Shown here piece by piece: positions 1 to 7,438 of a stretch of 11,438 nt of DNA. The DNA comes from Promethearchaeota archaeon (lineage in GTDB: Archaea; Asgardarchaeota; Lokiarchaeia; Sigyniarchaeales; SOKP01): assembly GCA_019057865.1 (NCBI GenBank), contig JAHLWP010000067.1, positions 1 to 11,438 on the forward strand, given 5' to 3'. Numbering within the stretch: the first letter of the stretch is position 1; each line of letters starts with the position of its first letter. The position numbers were made by a program, and so were the translations under genes. The notes beneath the pieces are model-generated. The model was not told the origin of the DNA, made no database searches, and saw only the letters and a list, made by a program, of their open reading frames with translations.

Positions 1-254
1 ATGATATCGCAGGACCTATATGTGAATCTGGAGATATTCTAGGTAAAGATAGAGAGTTACCAGAGTTGAGAGAAGGAGATTTTCTTGCTATTCTTGATGC
101 GGGAGCATACGGATATACTATGAGTAGTAATTATAATTCTAGACCCAGATCCTCTGAAATTTTAATCAATAATGGAAATATTTTTAAAATCAGAGAAGCA
201 GAGAGTCTTGATGACTTGTTAAAACTTCAGATTATCCCAGATCACTTAAAGTAA
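1..254 (+). CDS. lysA: Diaminopimelate decarboxylase, C-terminal part (gene runs off the left edge)
   Basis: The frame is open from position 3 (DIAGPICESGDILGKDRELPELREGDFLAILDAGAYGYTMSSNYNSRPR...). It contains the GPxCESGD, GAYG and SNYNxRP motifs of fold-III PLP decarboxylases and lies next to dapA/dapB. The track start at 66 is an internal TTG. Confidence 0.92.
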   Translation, partial: DIAGPICESGDILGKDRELPELREGDFLAILDAGAYGYTMSSNYNSRPRSSEILINNGNIFKIREAESLDDLLKLQIIPDHLK

Positions 255-340
255 AAAAAAATAGTAATTATTTTTCATAAAAAAGAATAAAAATTTTAGT
301 GCCTTTTTCTATTATGAGATAAAATTATAAAAAAGGAATG

Positions 341-348
341 TTTAAGGA
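341..348 (+). promoter_or_regulatory. Putative TATA box for the box C/D sRNA
   Basis: TTTAAGGA follows a purine-rich BRE-like tract (AAAAAGGAA). It matches the TTTAAGAA upstream of the tRNA at 7/8 positions. The same 27-nt offset places a 5' end near 368, just before box C. Confidence 0.45.
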
Positions 349-366
349 CTGGATACCTTTAGACTT

Positions 367-437
367 TCTAAATGAAGAGTTGGCATTATGAAACCTGTGA
401 ATTCAAGTTAATGATAATACTGATCTGCTCTGATAAA
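367..437 (+). ncRNA. Candidate box C/D 2'-O-methylation guide sRNA (snoRNA-like)
   Basis: Box C ATGAAGA 372-378; D' guide GTTGGCATT 379-387; box D' ATGA 388-391; stem-loop 392-397/404-409; box C' ATGATAA 411-417; 12-nt D guide 418-429; box D CTGA 430-433; T-run from 438. The D guide is complementary to archaeal SSU rRNA helix 34 (GGCAGGUCAGUAU, recalled from memory). Ends are approximate. Confidence 0.7.
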
Positions 438-498
438 TTTTTATTATTTTATCTCATTTTCTTATATGTTCTTCAAAATATTAGATAACATTTTAGAG

Positions 499-1323
499 TT
501 ATAAGCCTAAAACTTCAGCTGTGCTATAAATCTTACTTTCTTTTGCTTTAGCAATGAATTTAATTGCTTTAATTGCACCTGTAACAAAACATAATCTGCT
601 ATGAGCCTGATGTTTTAATTCAATTCTTTCTCCAGATCCTCCAAATAGTACAATATGATCGCCAACAATATCACCTGCTCTAATTGAATGAATTCCAATT
701 TCATTTTTTGCTCCTACTAAACGTTTACTCGGCCCTTTATTACGTCCATATTTAGCTATTTCTGAAAAATCAGAACCTAAAGTATCACTAATAATATGTC
801 CAATTTTCAGAGCAGTTCCACTTGGGGCATCAATTTTTCTATGATGGTGTGCTTCAATTACTTCAATATCCCATTCTGATAGATATTTGGTTAATATTGA
901 AGCCATTTTAAAGAAAATATTCACACCAGTTGCCATATTTGGCGAAATTACAGCAGGGGCATTATGTTCTTTAACTAATTTTTCGAATTTATCAAGAAAA
1001 TCTTGAGACATTGCTGTTGTTCCAATAATACATCGAATACCATTCTTCACACAAGTTTCACAATTTTTTTCTGTTGCTTTTGCGACTGTAAAATCAACAG
1101 TTACATCAGGATTCGTTTTTTCGATAATATTTTGAAGGTTATTTACATCACTAATTTTTACTTTATTTGGATCTTTTATGGCTACATAAGCTCCTAACTC
1201 TTCTCCAATATTATTTATGTCGCAAGCAGCCACTACTTCAATATCATCATCATTTAAGGCTAATTCACTTATAATTTTTCCCATTGCCCCTGTTGGACCT
1301 AAAATTAATAATTTAATCAACAA
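499..1323 (-). CDS. dapB: 4-hydroxy-tetrahydrodipicolinate reductase
   Basis: Rossmann GPTGAMG, VDFT, IGTT, SPNMATG, the signature EAHHHRKIDAPSGTA and RAGDIVGDH. TTG start, 23 bp downstream of dapA. Confidence 0.96.
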   Translation of the reverse strand: MLIKLLILGPTGAMGKIISELALNDDDIEVVAACDINNIGEELGAYVAIKDPNKVKISDVNNLQNIIEKTNPDVTVDFTVAKATEKNCETCVKNGIRCIIGTTAMSQDFLDKFEKLVKEHNAPAVISPNMATGVNIFFKMASILTKYLSEWDIEVIEAHHHRKIDAPSGTALKIGHIISDTLGSDFSEIAKYGRNKGPSKRLVGAKNEIGIHSIRAGDIVGDHIVLFGGSGERIELKHQAHSRLCFVTGAIKAIKFIAKAKESKIYSTAEVLGL

Positions 1324-1346
1324 AATCCCTCTCTTTTATCATTTTA

Positions 1347-2246
1347 TTAGATTAAGTTTAATTTTTTTAAAACCATTTTAATTTTCTCTTGATTTTCTAC
1401 TAATGGGGGTGTTAATGGTAATCTCATCCGTTTATTCATAATTCCCATTAATTCGGCAGCATATTTGACGGGACCAGGATTAGTTTCTATGAATAATACT
1501 TTAAAAAGGTCAAATAATTCTAATTGCATTTTTCTAGCACTTTCCCAATTGTCAATATTCATAGATTGAGTAAATTCTACCATCTTAGCAGGTATAATAT
1601 TTGAAGCTACACTAATAACTCCTTTTCCACCTAATGCCATAATGTGATAGGTTAAACTATCATCTCCACTTAAAACAATAAAATCATCTGGAGTTGTTTT
1701 AATTATTTTTGTTATTTGGTCTATATTTCCACTTGCACATTTTATCCCAACTATGTTATCTTTAGAAGATGCTAATTTAGAAACTGTTTCAGGTTCTAAA
1801 TTCCTGCCAGTACGGCTGGGAACATTATATAAAATTATTGGTAATGAAACAGAATCAGCAATAGTGGAAAAGTGTTCAATTAGAGAATGTTGAACTGGCT
1901 TATTATAGTAAGGAACAACTAATAGTAATCCATCTGCTCCAGCTTTTTCTGCGTATTGCGATAGTGAAATGGCCTCTTTTGTAGAATTACTGCCTGTTCC
2001 AGCTAAAGTAAATGGATGTTTATTACTTTTTTTTGCTTCATCTATGGTGATATCTATAGCATAATGATGTTCTTCATGAGATAATGTTGCGCTTTCCCCA
2101 GTTGTTCCCATAGTTAAAAGTTGACAATCATTCTTTATTTGATATCTAATAAATTCTCGATATTTTTCTTCATCTATTGAATAGTCTTCCTTAAAAGGAG
2201 TAATTAATGCGGTTATAGTATTTCTTAATTTTTCTAAATTAAACAT
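1347..2246 (-). CDS. dapA: 4-hydroxy-tetrahydrodipicolinate synthase
   Basis: TALITPF, GTTGES, GTGSNST, PYYNKP, LYNVPSRTG, the Schiff-base Lys in GIKCASG, LSGDD and ETNPGPVK. Adjacent to dapB. Confidence 0.96.
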   Translation of the reverse strand: MFNLEKLRNTITALITPFKEDYSIDEEKYREFIRYQIKNDCQLLTMGTTGESATLSHEEHHYAIDITIDEAKKSNKHPFTLAGTGSNSTKEAISLSQYAEKAGADGLLLVVPYYNKPVQHSLIEHFSTIADSVSLPIILYNVPSRTGRNLEPETVSKLASSKDNIVGIKCASGNIDQITKIIKTTPDDFIVLSGDDSLTYHIMALGGKGVISVASNIIPAKMVEFTQSMNIDNWESARKMQLELFDLFKVLFIETNPGPVKYAAELMGIMNKRMRLPLTPPLVENQEKIKMVLKKLNLI

Positions 2247-2453
2247 ATTTAACTATCAAACTCAATATAGCATTTGATTAAAATAAATATTGTTAACGAA
2301 TTTATATAAGTATTATTGATAATTATTCAATTTGAAAACAAATTTATTTGACTAGTCCTTTTTGATTAAAAAAATAATATTAAATACAAATTTTTTTATT
2401 GGATTTATATGAAAAGTAAAGAATTTTTATAACATAATTAATTTTTAGCAGAT

Positions 2454-5111
2454 TTGGGTATATTGACAGAAAAAGAATTCTTATCAAAACGATTAGAAGA
2501 TATTTATATAAAGGTTTTAGAAACCATTTCTGAACATATTGTTTATTATGATAAAGATTTCAAAATTATTTGGGCAAATAAAACTGCGGCTGATTCACTT
2601 AATTTAACTCCTGAACAATTAGTTGGAAAAAATTGCTATAATTTATGGCACGGGCGAAACAAACCATGTGAAGAATGTCCAGTATTAAAAACACTTAAGT
2701 CTGGAGAGTTAAACCATAGGAAAATGATTACTCCAGATGGAAGGCTATGGTTTGTTGAGGGATATCCTGTTTTTAATGATAACAACAAAATTAATGGAGT
2801 AGTGGAAATTACTCGGGATATAACTGAACTTAAAAAAGTAGAAGATGCCATCCAAACTGAGAAAAAATTTACTGAAAACGTGATTAATGCATCAATTGAC
2901 ACTATTTTTGTATTTAATCCTCAGACTGGAAAAGTTCTTAGATGGAATAAAGCTTTTAATGAAGTAAGTGGCTATTCTGATGAGGAGGTTTCTTCTATGA
3001 AGGCACCTAATTCCTATTACAATGAAGAAGACTTAAAACGTGCTTCAAAGGCGATTGAGAAGTTAATCGAAGAAGGAAGTGCTAAAGTTGAGTTGTCTTT
3101 AATCACTAAAGATGGTAAATCTGTTCCTTTCGAATATTATGCAACTTTAATAAAAAGTATTAATGGTGAACCTTTAGTCGTCTCTTTAGGAAGGGATATA
3201 ACTGAAAGAAAAGTAGCTGAGCACAAATTAAAAGAATCTGAAGTGAAATATCGAAACATTCTCGAAAATTTGATGGAAGGATATTATGAAACTGACCTTA
3301 TTGGAAATCTTGTTTATGCCAATGTTGAGTATTGTAAAATAATGGGATATTCAAAGGAAGAAGTAATAGGAAAGAATTATCGCTTACTATACGATACAAA
3401 GTCATCCGAAGTTTTGTTCAATATGTTCAACCAAGTTTATAAAACAGGGATTCCCCGTCCTCCAACAGGATTAGCTAAAGTAATAACAAAAAAGAAGAAA
3501 CTAATCTATTTTGAAGGATCAGTTGATTTATTATACGATTCTAAAGGAAATAAGGTTGGGTTTTATGGTCTTGTTCGGGATATTACGAAAAGAAAAATTG
3601 CCGAGCAAAAATTAAAAAAATCTGAAGAAAAATATCGTTCTTTGTTTGAGAATATGAATGCAGGATTTGCTCTTCATGAGGTCATTGTTGATGATAACAA
3701 TAAACCAGTTGATTATAGATATATCGAAGCGAATCCTGCTTTTGAAAGACTTACAGGTATGAAAAAAGAAGATCTAATTGGAAAGACTGTAACTGAAGCA
3801 ATTCCAGGAACAGAGAATGATCCTGCGGATTGGATTGGCAAATTTGGAAATGTCGGATTATCAGGAATTCCAATAACAGTTGAGGATTATTCAGAAGCAT
3901 TTGATCGTTGGTATAAAGTTTCAGGGTATTCTCCTAAGAAGGTTTATTTTGCTGTGACTTTTACTGATATAACTGAACGCAAGAAGGCAGAAGAGGCCTT
4001 AAAAGAATCAGAGGAAAAGTTTAGAACAATTGCCGAACAATCATTTATGAGTATTATTATCATACAAGATGGCATTTTAAAATATTTTAATGAAAGATTA
4101 CCAAAAGTTAATGGATATTCACCCGAAGAAATAAAAAATTGGAAACCGTATGAATTTGCTAAGCTCATACATCCTGATGATAGAGATTTTGTTATGGACC
4201 AAGCTAGCAAAAAAGAGATTGGAGAAAAAGGTGTAATTGAACAATTTAAGTATCGCATAATAAGGAAAGATGGAGAAATTAGATGGCTTGAAAATTTTTC
4301 AAAAACAATTAATTACAAAGGAAGACCAGCCGACTTCATAATATCAATAGACATTACAGAACAAATGAATGCCGAAAAGCAATTAAAAAAATCAGAAAAA
4401 AAATATCGGGAAGCTTTTAATAGATCTAATTTTTATAAGGACTTAATTGCCCACGATATAAACAACATTCTTCAAAACATCTTATCTTCTGTTGAATTGA
4501 GTTTCCTTTATTTGGAAGAAGAGAAAGATTTAAATGAATTAAAACAAATGTTGAAAATATCTAAACAACAAGTTAGTAGGGCGGCTAATTTAATCTCAAA
4601 TGTCCGAAAATTGTCAAGATTGGAAGATATAAAAATTTCCACCAAACCCATAGAAGCCATTGAAGTATTGAATCAATCAATAGATTTTTTATTAAAAAGT
4701 TTCCAAGATAAAAAAATTAATATAGATATTGAAAATCCTTATAAAGCAATAACAGTTCAAGCAAATGAGCTTTTAATAGATATTTTTGAAAATATTTTAA
4801 TCAATGCAGTAAAGTATACTCACCATTTTCCAGTTGAAATAAAGATTAAAGTTTCAAAACTTCAAAAAGATGGCTTAAAACTTGTTAAATTTGAATTTGA
4901 AGACAGTGGAATTGGAATATCCGATACTGATAAAGGGAATATTTTTCAGAGAGTATATAATATAGATAGAACCGTCAGTGGAATGGGGATTGGATTATCA
5001 CTTGTAAGAAAAATTTTAACAACTTATAAAGGACAAATATGGATCGAGGATAAAGTTAAAGGGGACTATTCAAAAGGAAGTAATTTTGTTGTATTAATTC
5101 CAGAGGTGTAA
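2454..5111 (+). CDS. Cytoplasmic multi-PAS (5 PAS/PAC) sensor histidine kinase
   Basis: Five PAS/PAC units each end in DIT followed by a coiled linker. H-box AHDINNILQ, N-box FENILINAVKY, G1 DSGIGI, F-box IFQR and G2 GMGIGL are present. No transmembrane stretch is visible. The TTG start is uncertain. Confidence 0.93.
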   Translation: MGILTEKEFLSKRLEDIYIKVLETISEHIVYYDKDFKIIWANKTAADSLNLTPEQLVGKNCYNLWHGRNKPCEECPVLKTLKSGELNHRKMITPDGRLWFVEGYPVFNDNNKINGVVEITRDITELKKVEDAIQTEKKFTENVINASIDTIFVFNPQTGKVLRWNKAFNEVSGYSDEEVSSMKAPNSYYNEEDLKRASKAIEKLIEEGSAKVELSLITKDGKSVPFEYYATLIKSINGEPLVVSLGRDITERKVAEHKLKESEVKYRNILENLMEGYYETDLIGNLVYANVEYCKIMGYSKEEVIGKNYRLLYDTKSSEVLFNMFNQVYKTGIPRPPTGLAKVITKKKKLIYFEGSVDLLYDSKGNKVGFYGLVRDITKRKIAEQKLKKSEEKYRSLFENMNAGFALHEVIVDDNNKPVDYRYIEANPAFERLTGMKKEDLIGKTVTEAIPGTENDPADWIGKFGNVGLSGIPITVEDYSEAFDRWYKVSGYSPKKVYFAVTFTDITERKKAEEALKESEEKFRTIAEQSFMSIIIIQDGILKYFNERLPKVNGYSPEEIKNWKPYEFAKLIHPDDRDFVMDQASKKEIGEKGVIEQFKYRIIRKDGEIRWLENFSKTINYKGRPADFIISIDITEQMNAEKQLKKSEKKYREAFNRSNFYKDLIAHDINNILQNILSSVELSFLYLEEEKDLNELKQMLKISKQQVSRAANLISNVRKLSRLEDIKISTKPIEAIEVLNQSIDFLLKSFQDKKINIDIENPYKAITVQANELLIDIFENILINAVKYTHHFPVEIKIKVSKLQKDGLKLVKFEFEDSGIGISDTDKGNIFQRVYNIDRTVSGMGIGLSLVRKILTTYKGQIWIEDKVKGDYSKGSNFVVLIPEV
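5103..5108 (+). promoter_or_regulatory. Shine-Dalgarno site for the receiver gene
   Basis: GAGGTG overlaps the last kinase codons and lies 8 nt before ATA at 5117. Confidence 0.7.
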
Positions 5112-5116
5112 ACAAA

Positions 5117-5485
5117 ATAGCTTCGGTTTTTATCGTTGAGGATGATCAATCACTTAGATTGCTATTTAAAAAAGTATTAGGAATGTCTGGATATCGAGTG
5201 ATAGGGGAAGCAAAAAATGGAGAAGAGGCAGTTTCATTATTTATTTCATTTCCAAAAAAGCCGGATATTGTTTTAATGGACCATAGAATGCCAATTAAGA
5301 ATGGAATTGAAGCAACAAAACAAATCTTAAAAATTAATAGCAAATCAAAAATTATTTTCACGAGTGCTGATAATAGCATCAAGCAAGAAGCCCTTTCTAT
5401 TGGAGCGAGAAGTTTTTTGGATAAACCTTTTAGTATTACTGATTTAATAACTGAAATTAAGAATGTCTATAAGAATTTAGCGTAA
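5117..5485 (+). CDS. Stand-alone response regulator receiver (CheY-like), 122 aa, probable ATA start
   Basis: Extending the track ORF (5159) upstream in frame recovers the essential beta-1 strand and acidic pocket (ASVFIVEDD). The phospho-Asp in DIVLMDHRMP, FTSA and FLDKPF are present. There is no output domain. Confidence 0.92.
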   Translation: MASVFIVEDDQSLRLLFKKVLGMSGYRVIGEAKNGEEAVSLFISFPKKPDIVLMDHRMPIKNGIEATKQILKINSKSKIIFTSADNSIKQEALSIGARSFLDKPFSITDLITEIKNVYKNLA

Positions 5486-5526
5486 ACCAACAAAATTAAA
5501 TACTCAATATACCCTTTTAAAATGTA

Positions 5527-6528
5527 ATGCCAATTGATTATTTAGATAAGTTTAAAGGCTCTCTATTAGGAGTTGCAATTGGAGATACTCTTGGACATCC
5601 TTTTGAAGGAATGCTCAGAGATGCTATAAAATCTAATTTTACTAATTTTGAAGATTTTATAATTAATAATAGACGCTTGTTCAATACATTTACGGATGAT
5701 ACACAACTTACACTACATACAGCACAAGCTTTGATTCAAGGGGGCGGATTTAATCTACACAATTTTATAGAGGAGTATGTTAAATGGCTTGATGACCCTC
5801 CAATTGGAGCGGGTTATGGATGTATTACTGCCGCAAGAAAATTAAAATATCGAATACCATGGAAAGAAGCTGCTTCTAATTCTGGCGGAAATGGAACCAC
5901 CATGAGAATAGCACCAATTGGATTGCTTTACAATAAAGATATCAAAGCATTAAAATCGGCAGCAATAAAATCTAGCATTATTACTCATTCTCATCCAGCA
6001 GCTTCTGCTGGAGCAGTAGTAATAGCAAGAGCTATTGCATATTTAATTGATAAGGCACCAAAATCAGGATTTTCCATAGATCAATTTTTTGATGTAGTTA
6101 TTTCTTCTATTTCTAACTCTCATGATGAGATTTGGGAAGAATTTTGTGAAATTTTAGGAAAATTGCGATCGAGTCTAGATTTACCAATTGAAGCTGGACT
6201 GATTAAATTTTCTCAATCAGGAGTTAAATCCCCCTATTTTATTGAACAATATTTAGGAAAAGCATTTGTTCATCCTTATACTATAAGTACTGTTGTTTGT
6301 GCGATTTTTATTTTCCTAAAAAAAATAAATTCATTTAAGGATTGTATTTATGAGTTAGCGACTGCAGGAGGGGATAGTGATACAGTGGGTGCAATAGGAG
6401 GAGGATTAGCTGGTGCATATTTTGGTATGAAGAACATTCCGGATGATCTAATCAAAACGGTAAAGAATTATAAAAGAATTCTAAAAATTAGCGAAAAATT
6501 ATTTGAAATATTTAAAGATAGGTATTAA
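5527..6528 (+). CDS. ADP-ribosylglycohydrolase (DraG/ARH family)
   Basis: GVAIGDTLG, TDDTQ, GNGTTMRIAP, THSH and GGDSDTVGAIGG metal-binding motifs are all intact. Confidence 0.93.
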   Translation: MPIDYLDKFKGSLLGVAIGDTLGHPFEGMLRDAIKSNFTNFEDFIINNRRLFNTFTDDTQLTLHTAQALIQGGGFNLHNFIEEYVKWLDDPPIGAGYGCITAARKLKYRIPWKEAASNSGGNGTTMRIAPIGLLYNKDIKALKSAAIKSSIITHSHPAASAGAVVIARAIAYLIDKAPKSGFSIDQFFDVVISSISNSHDEIWEEFCEILGKLRSSLDLPIEAGLIKFSQSGVKSPYFIEQYLGKAFVHPYTISTVVCAIFIFLKKINSFKDCIYELATAGGDSDTVGAIGGGLAGAYFGMKNIPDDLIKTVKNYKRILKISEKLFEIFKDRY

Positions 6529-6533
6529 ATAAA

Positions 6534-7112
6534 TCATTTCAGTTTTTTAACAAATTTTAATAATCTTTTTGAGCAAATATCGCAAAATTGAGAAGGTTTT
6601 TCATCAGTATCTGCTAATGAGTTCGAAAATTGCATTATACAAAAATTATTACAGTGTTCTAAGCCGAAAGTATGTCCTAGTTCATGAATAGCTTCTTTTA
6701 AAACTCTTAATTCGAATAAAGAATTATCATCAGATCTCCTATAAAAACTTTCTCTGAGACGTGTAATTGAAATTATAGCAACACTAGAAACTTTCAAATC
6801 TACTCTAATTGGTTTTAAAGCAATTCCAAATACAAAATTTAAGAATCCTGAATAAATGTCTTTATCCATTACTCCTAATACACGAAAGTATTGCTTTTCT
6901 TTTACATAATTTTTTAATCTTCTCAATACTAATGAGGCATCATATTGATGCCTAATTTGGTTGTAATATGAATCCTCCAATGGAATCTCTTCCTCGATTA
7001 TATTTATAGATAATGAAAATTCTTTAAATGCCCATTGAAGATGATTTTTTAATTTTAATAAAATAATGCGGTCCAATTGACCTATTTTTTGAAGGTATAG
7101 AATATTTTTCAA
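6534..7112 (-). CDS. amzA: Archaemetzincin family Zn-dependent metalloprotease (peptidase M54)
   Basis: HELGHTFGLEHC-x3-CIM...FCDIC is the HExxHxxGxxH motif plus the Cys4 zinc finger and Met-turn. The conserved YNQIRHQY and NFVFG segments are present. Confidence 0.92.
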   Translation of the reverse strand: MKNILYLQKIGQLDRIILLKLKNHLQWAFKEFSLSINIIEEEIPLEDSYYNQIRHQYDASLVLRRLKNYVKEKQYFRVLGVMDKDIYSGFLNFVFGIALKPIRVDLKVSSVAIISITRLRESFYRRSDDNSLFELRVLKEAIHELGHTFGLEHCNNFCIMQFSNSLADTDEKPSQFCDICSKRLLKFVKKLK

Positions 7113-7198
7113 ATTTATGTCTTTTTTTTATATTATTTCGAAAAATCATTTAAATCTATTGAGTATTAAATAGAAAACATTACTTCTTAATTCTTATT

Positions 7199-7213
7199 AA
7201 AAAAAAGAAAAAA
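7199..7213 (-). terminator. Oligo-T archaeal terminator after the zinc-ribbon gene
   Basis: The minus strand reads TTTTTTCTTTTTTTT starting 1 nt after the TAA stop at 7215-7217. Confidence 0.5.
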
Positions 7214-7214
7214 G

Positions 7215-7433
7215 TTACATTTTTCTACCAAGTCCAACTATCGTGCTACATTGAGAGCATATACTTATATCTAAACGGACTTCTGTTATTTTTCCGGGAA
7301 ATATATAAAGTGGAGTCCTTATTCGCATTGTGAAAAGTTCATCAGTCCTTAGCATACCCTTTTCATCGCTTTCGATCCTAATTTCCTTTTTGCAGCTAGG
7401 ACAAATTATAGAACTTGGAAATTTTAATGTAAT
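7215..7433 (-). CDS. Small zinc-ribbon protein (72 aa), absent from the ORF track, probable ATT start
   Basis: Manual translation: (M)TLKFPSSIICPSCKKEIRIESDEKGMLRTDELFTMRIRTPLYIFPGKITEVRLDISICSQCSTIVGLGRKM*. It has two CxxC pairs, an SD AGGTGAT 5 nt upstream, and a T-tract downstream. Confidence 0.75.
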   Translation of the reverse strand: MTLKFPSSIICPSCKKEIRIESDEKGMLRTDELFTMRIRTPLYIFPGKITEVRLDISICSQCSTIVGLGRKM

Positions 7434-7438
7434 TTTTG

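Larger units (their letters stand above)
314..457. repeat. 20-bp inverted repeat (314-333 / 438-457) with a 104-nt spacer
   Basis: ATGAGATAAAATTATAAAAA (314-333) pairs with TTTTTATTATTTTATCTCAT (438-457) at 19 of 20 positions. The only mismatch is T326/T445. Confidence 0.85.

Noticed and set aside
379-387. D' guide pairing to 16S GGUGCCAGC (515 region)
   Set aside because: It needs three G-U pairs in 9 nt, too weak to call without the host rRNA sequence.
372-424. Eukaryote-like SECIS (ATGA...AAA...TGAT with an imperfect stem)
   Set aside because: The core-to-AA distance is 15 nt rather than about 11-12 and the stem has two mismatches. The visible part of lysA has no in-frame TGA (its catalytic Cys is TGT). 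The C/D model explains more of the sequence, including the rRNA complementarity.
416-433. Minus strand TCAGAGCAGATCAGTATT resembles U6 snRNA ACAGAGAAGAUUAGCAUG (13/18)
   Set aside because: The ACAGAGA box and AGC triad are both broken and no ISL follows. The segment is just the reverse complement of the guide plus box D.
255-498. Lysine or SAM riboswitch near the lysine genes
   Set aside because: The element lies 3' of both flanking genes and lacks the aptamer consensus and multi-helix structure.
1003-1197. 64-aa + strand Cys-rich track ORF
   Set aside because: Antisense shadow of dapB. The supplied translation also does not match the sequence cleanly at its start.
2636-4258. Minus-strand track ORFs 2636-2902 and 3944-4258
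   Set aside because: Antisense shadows of the kinase with no recognisable motifs.
5146-5382. 78-aa minus-strand ORF
   Set aside because: Antisense to the well-supported receiver gene.
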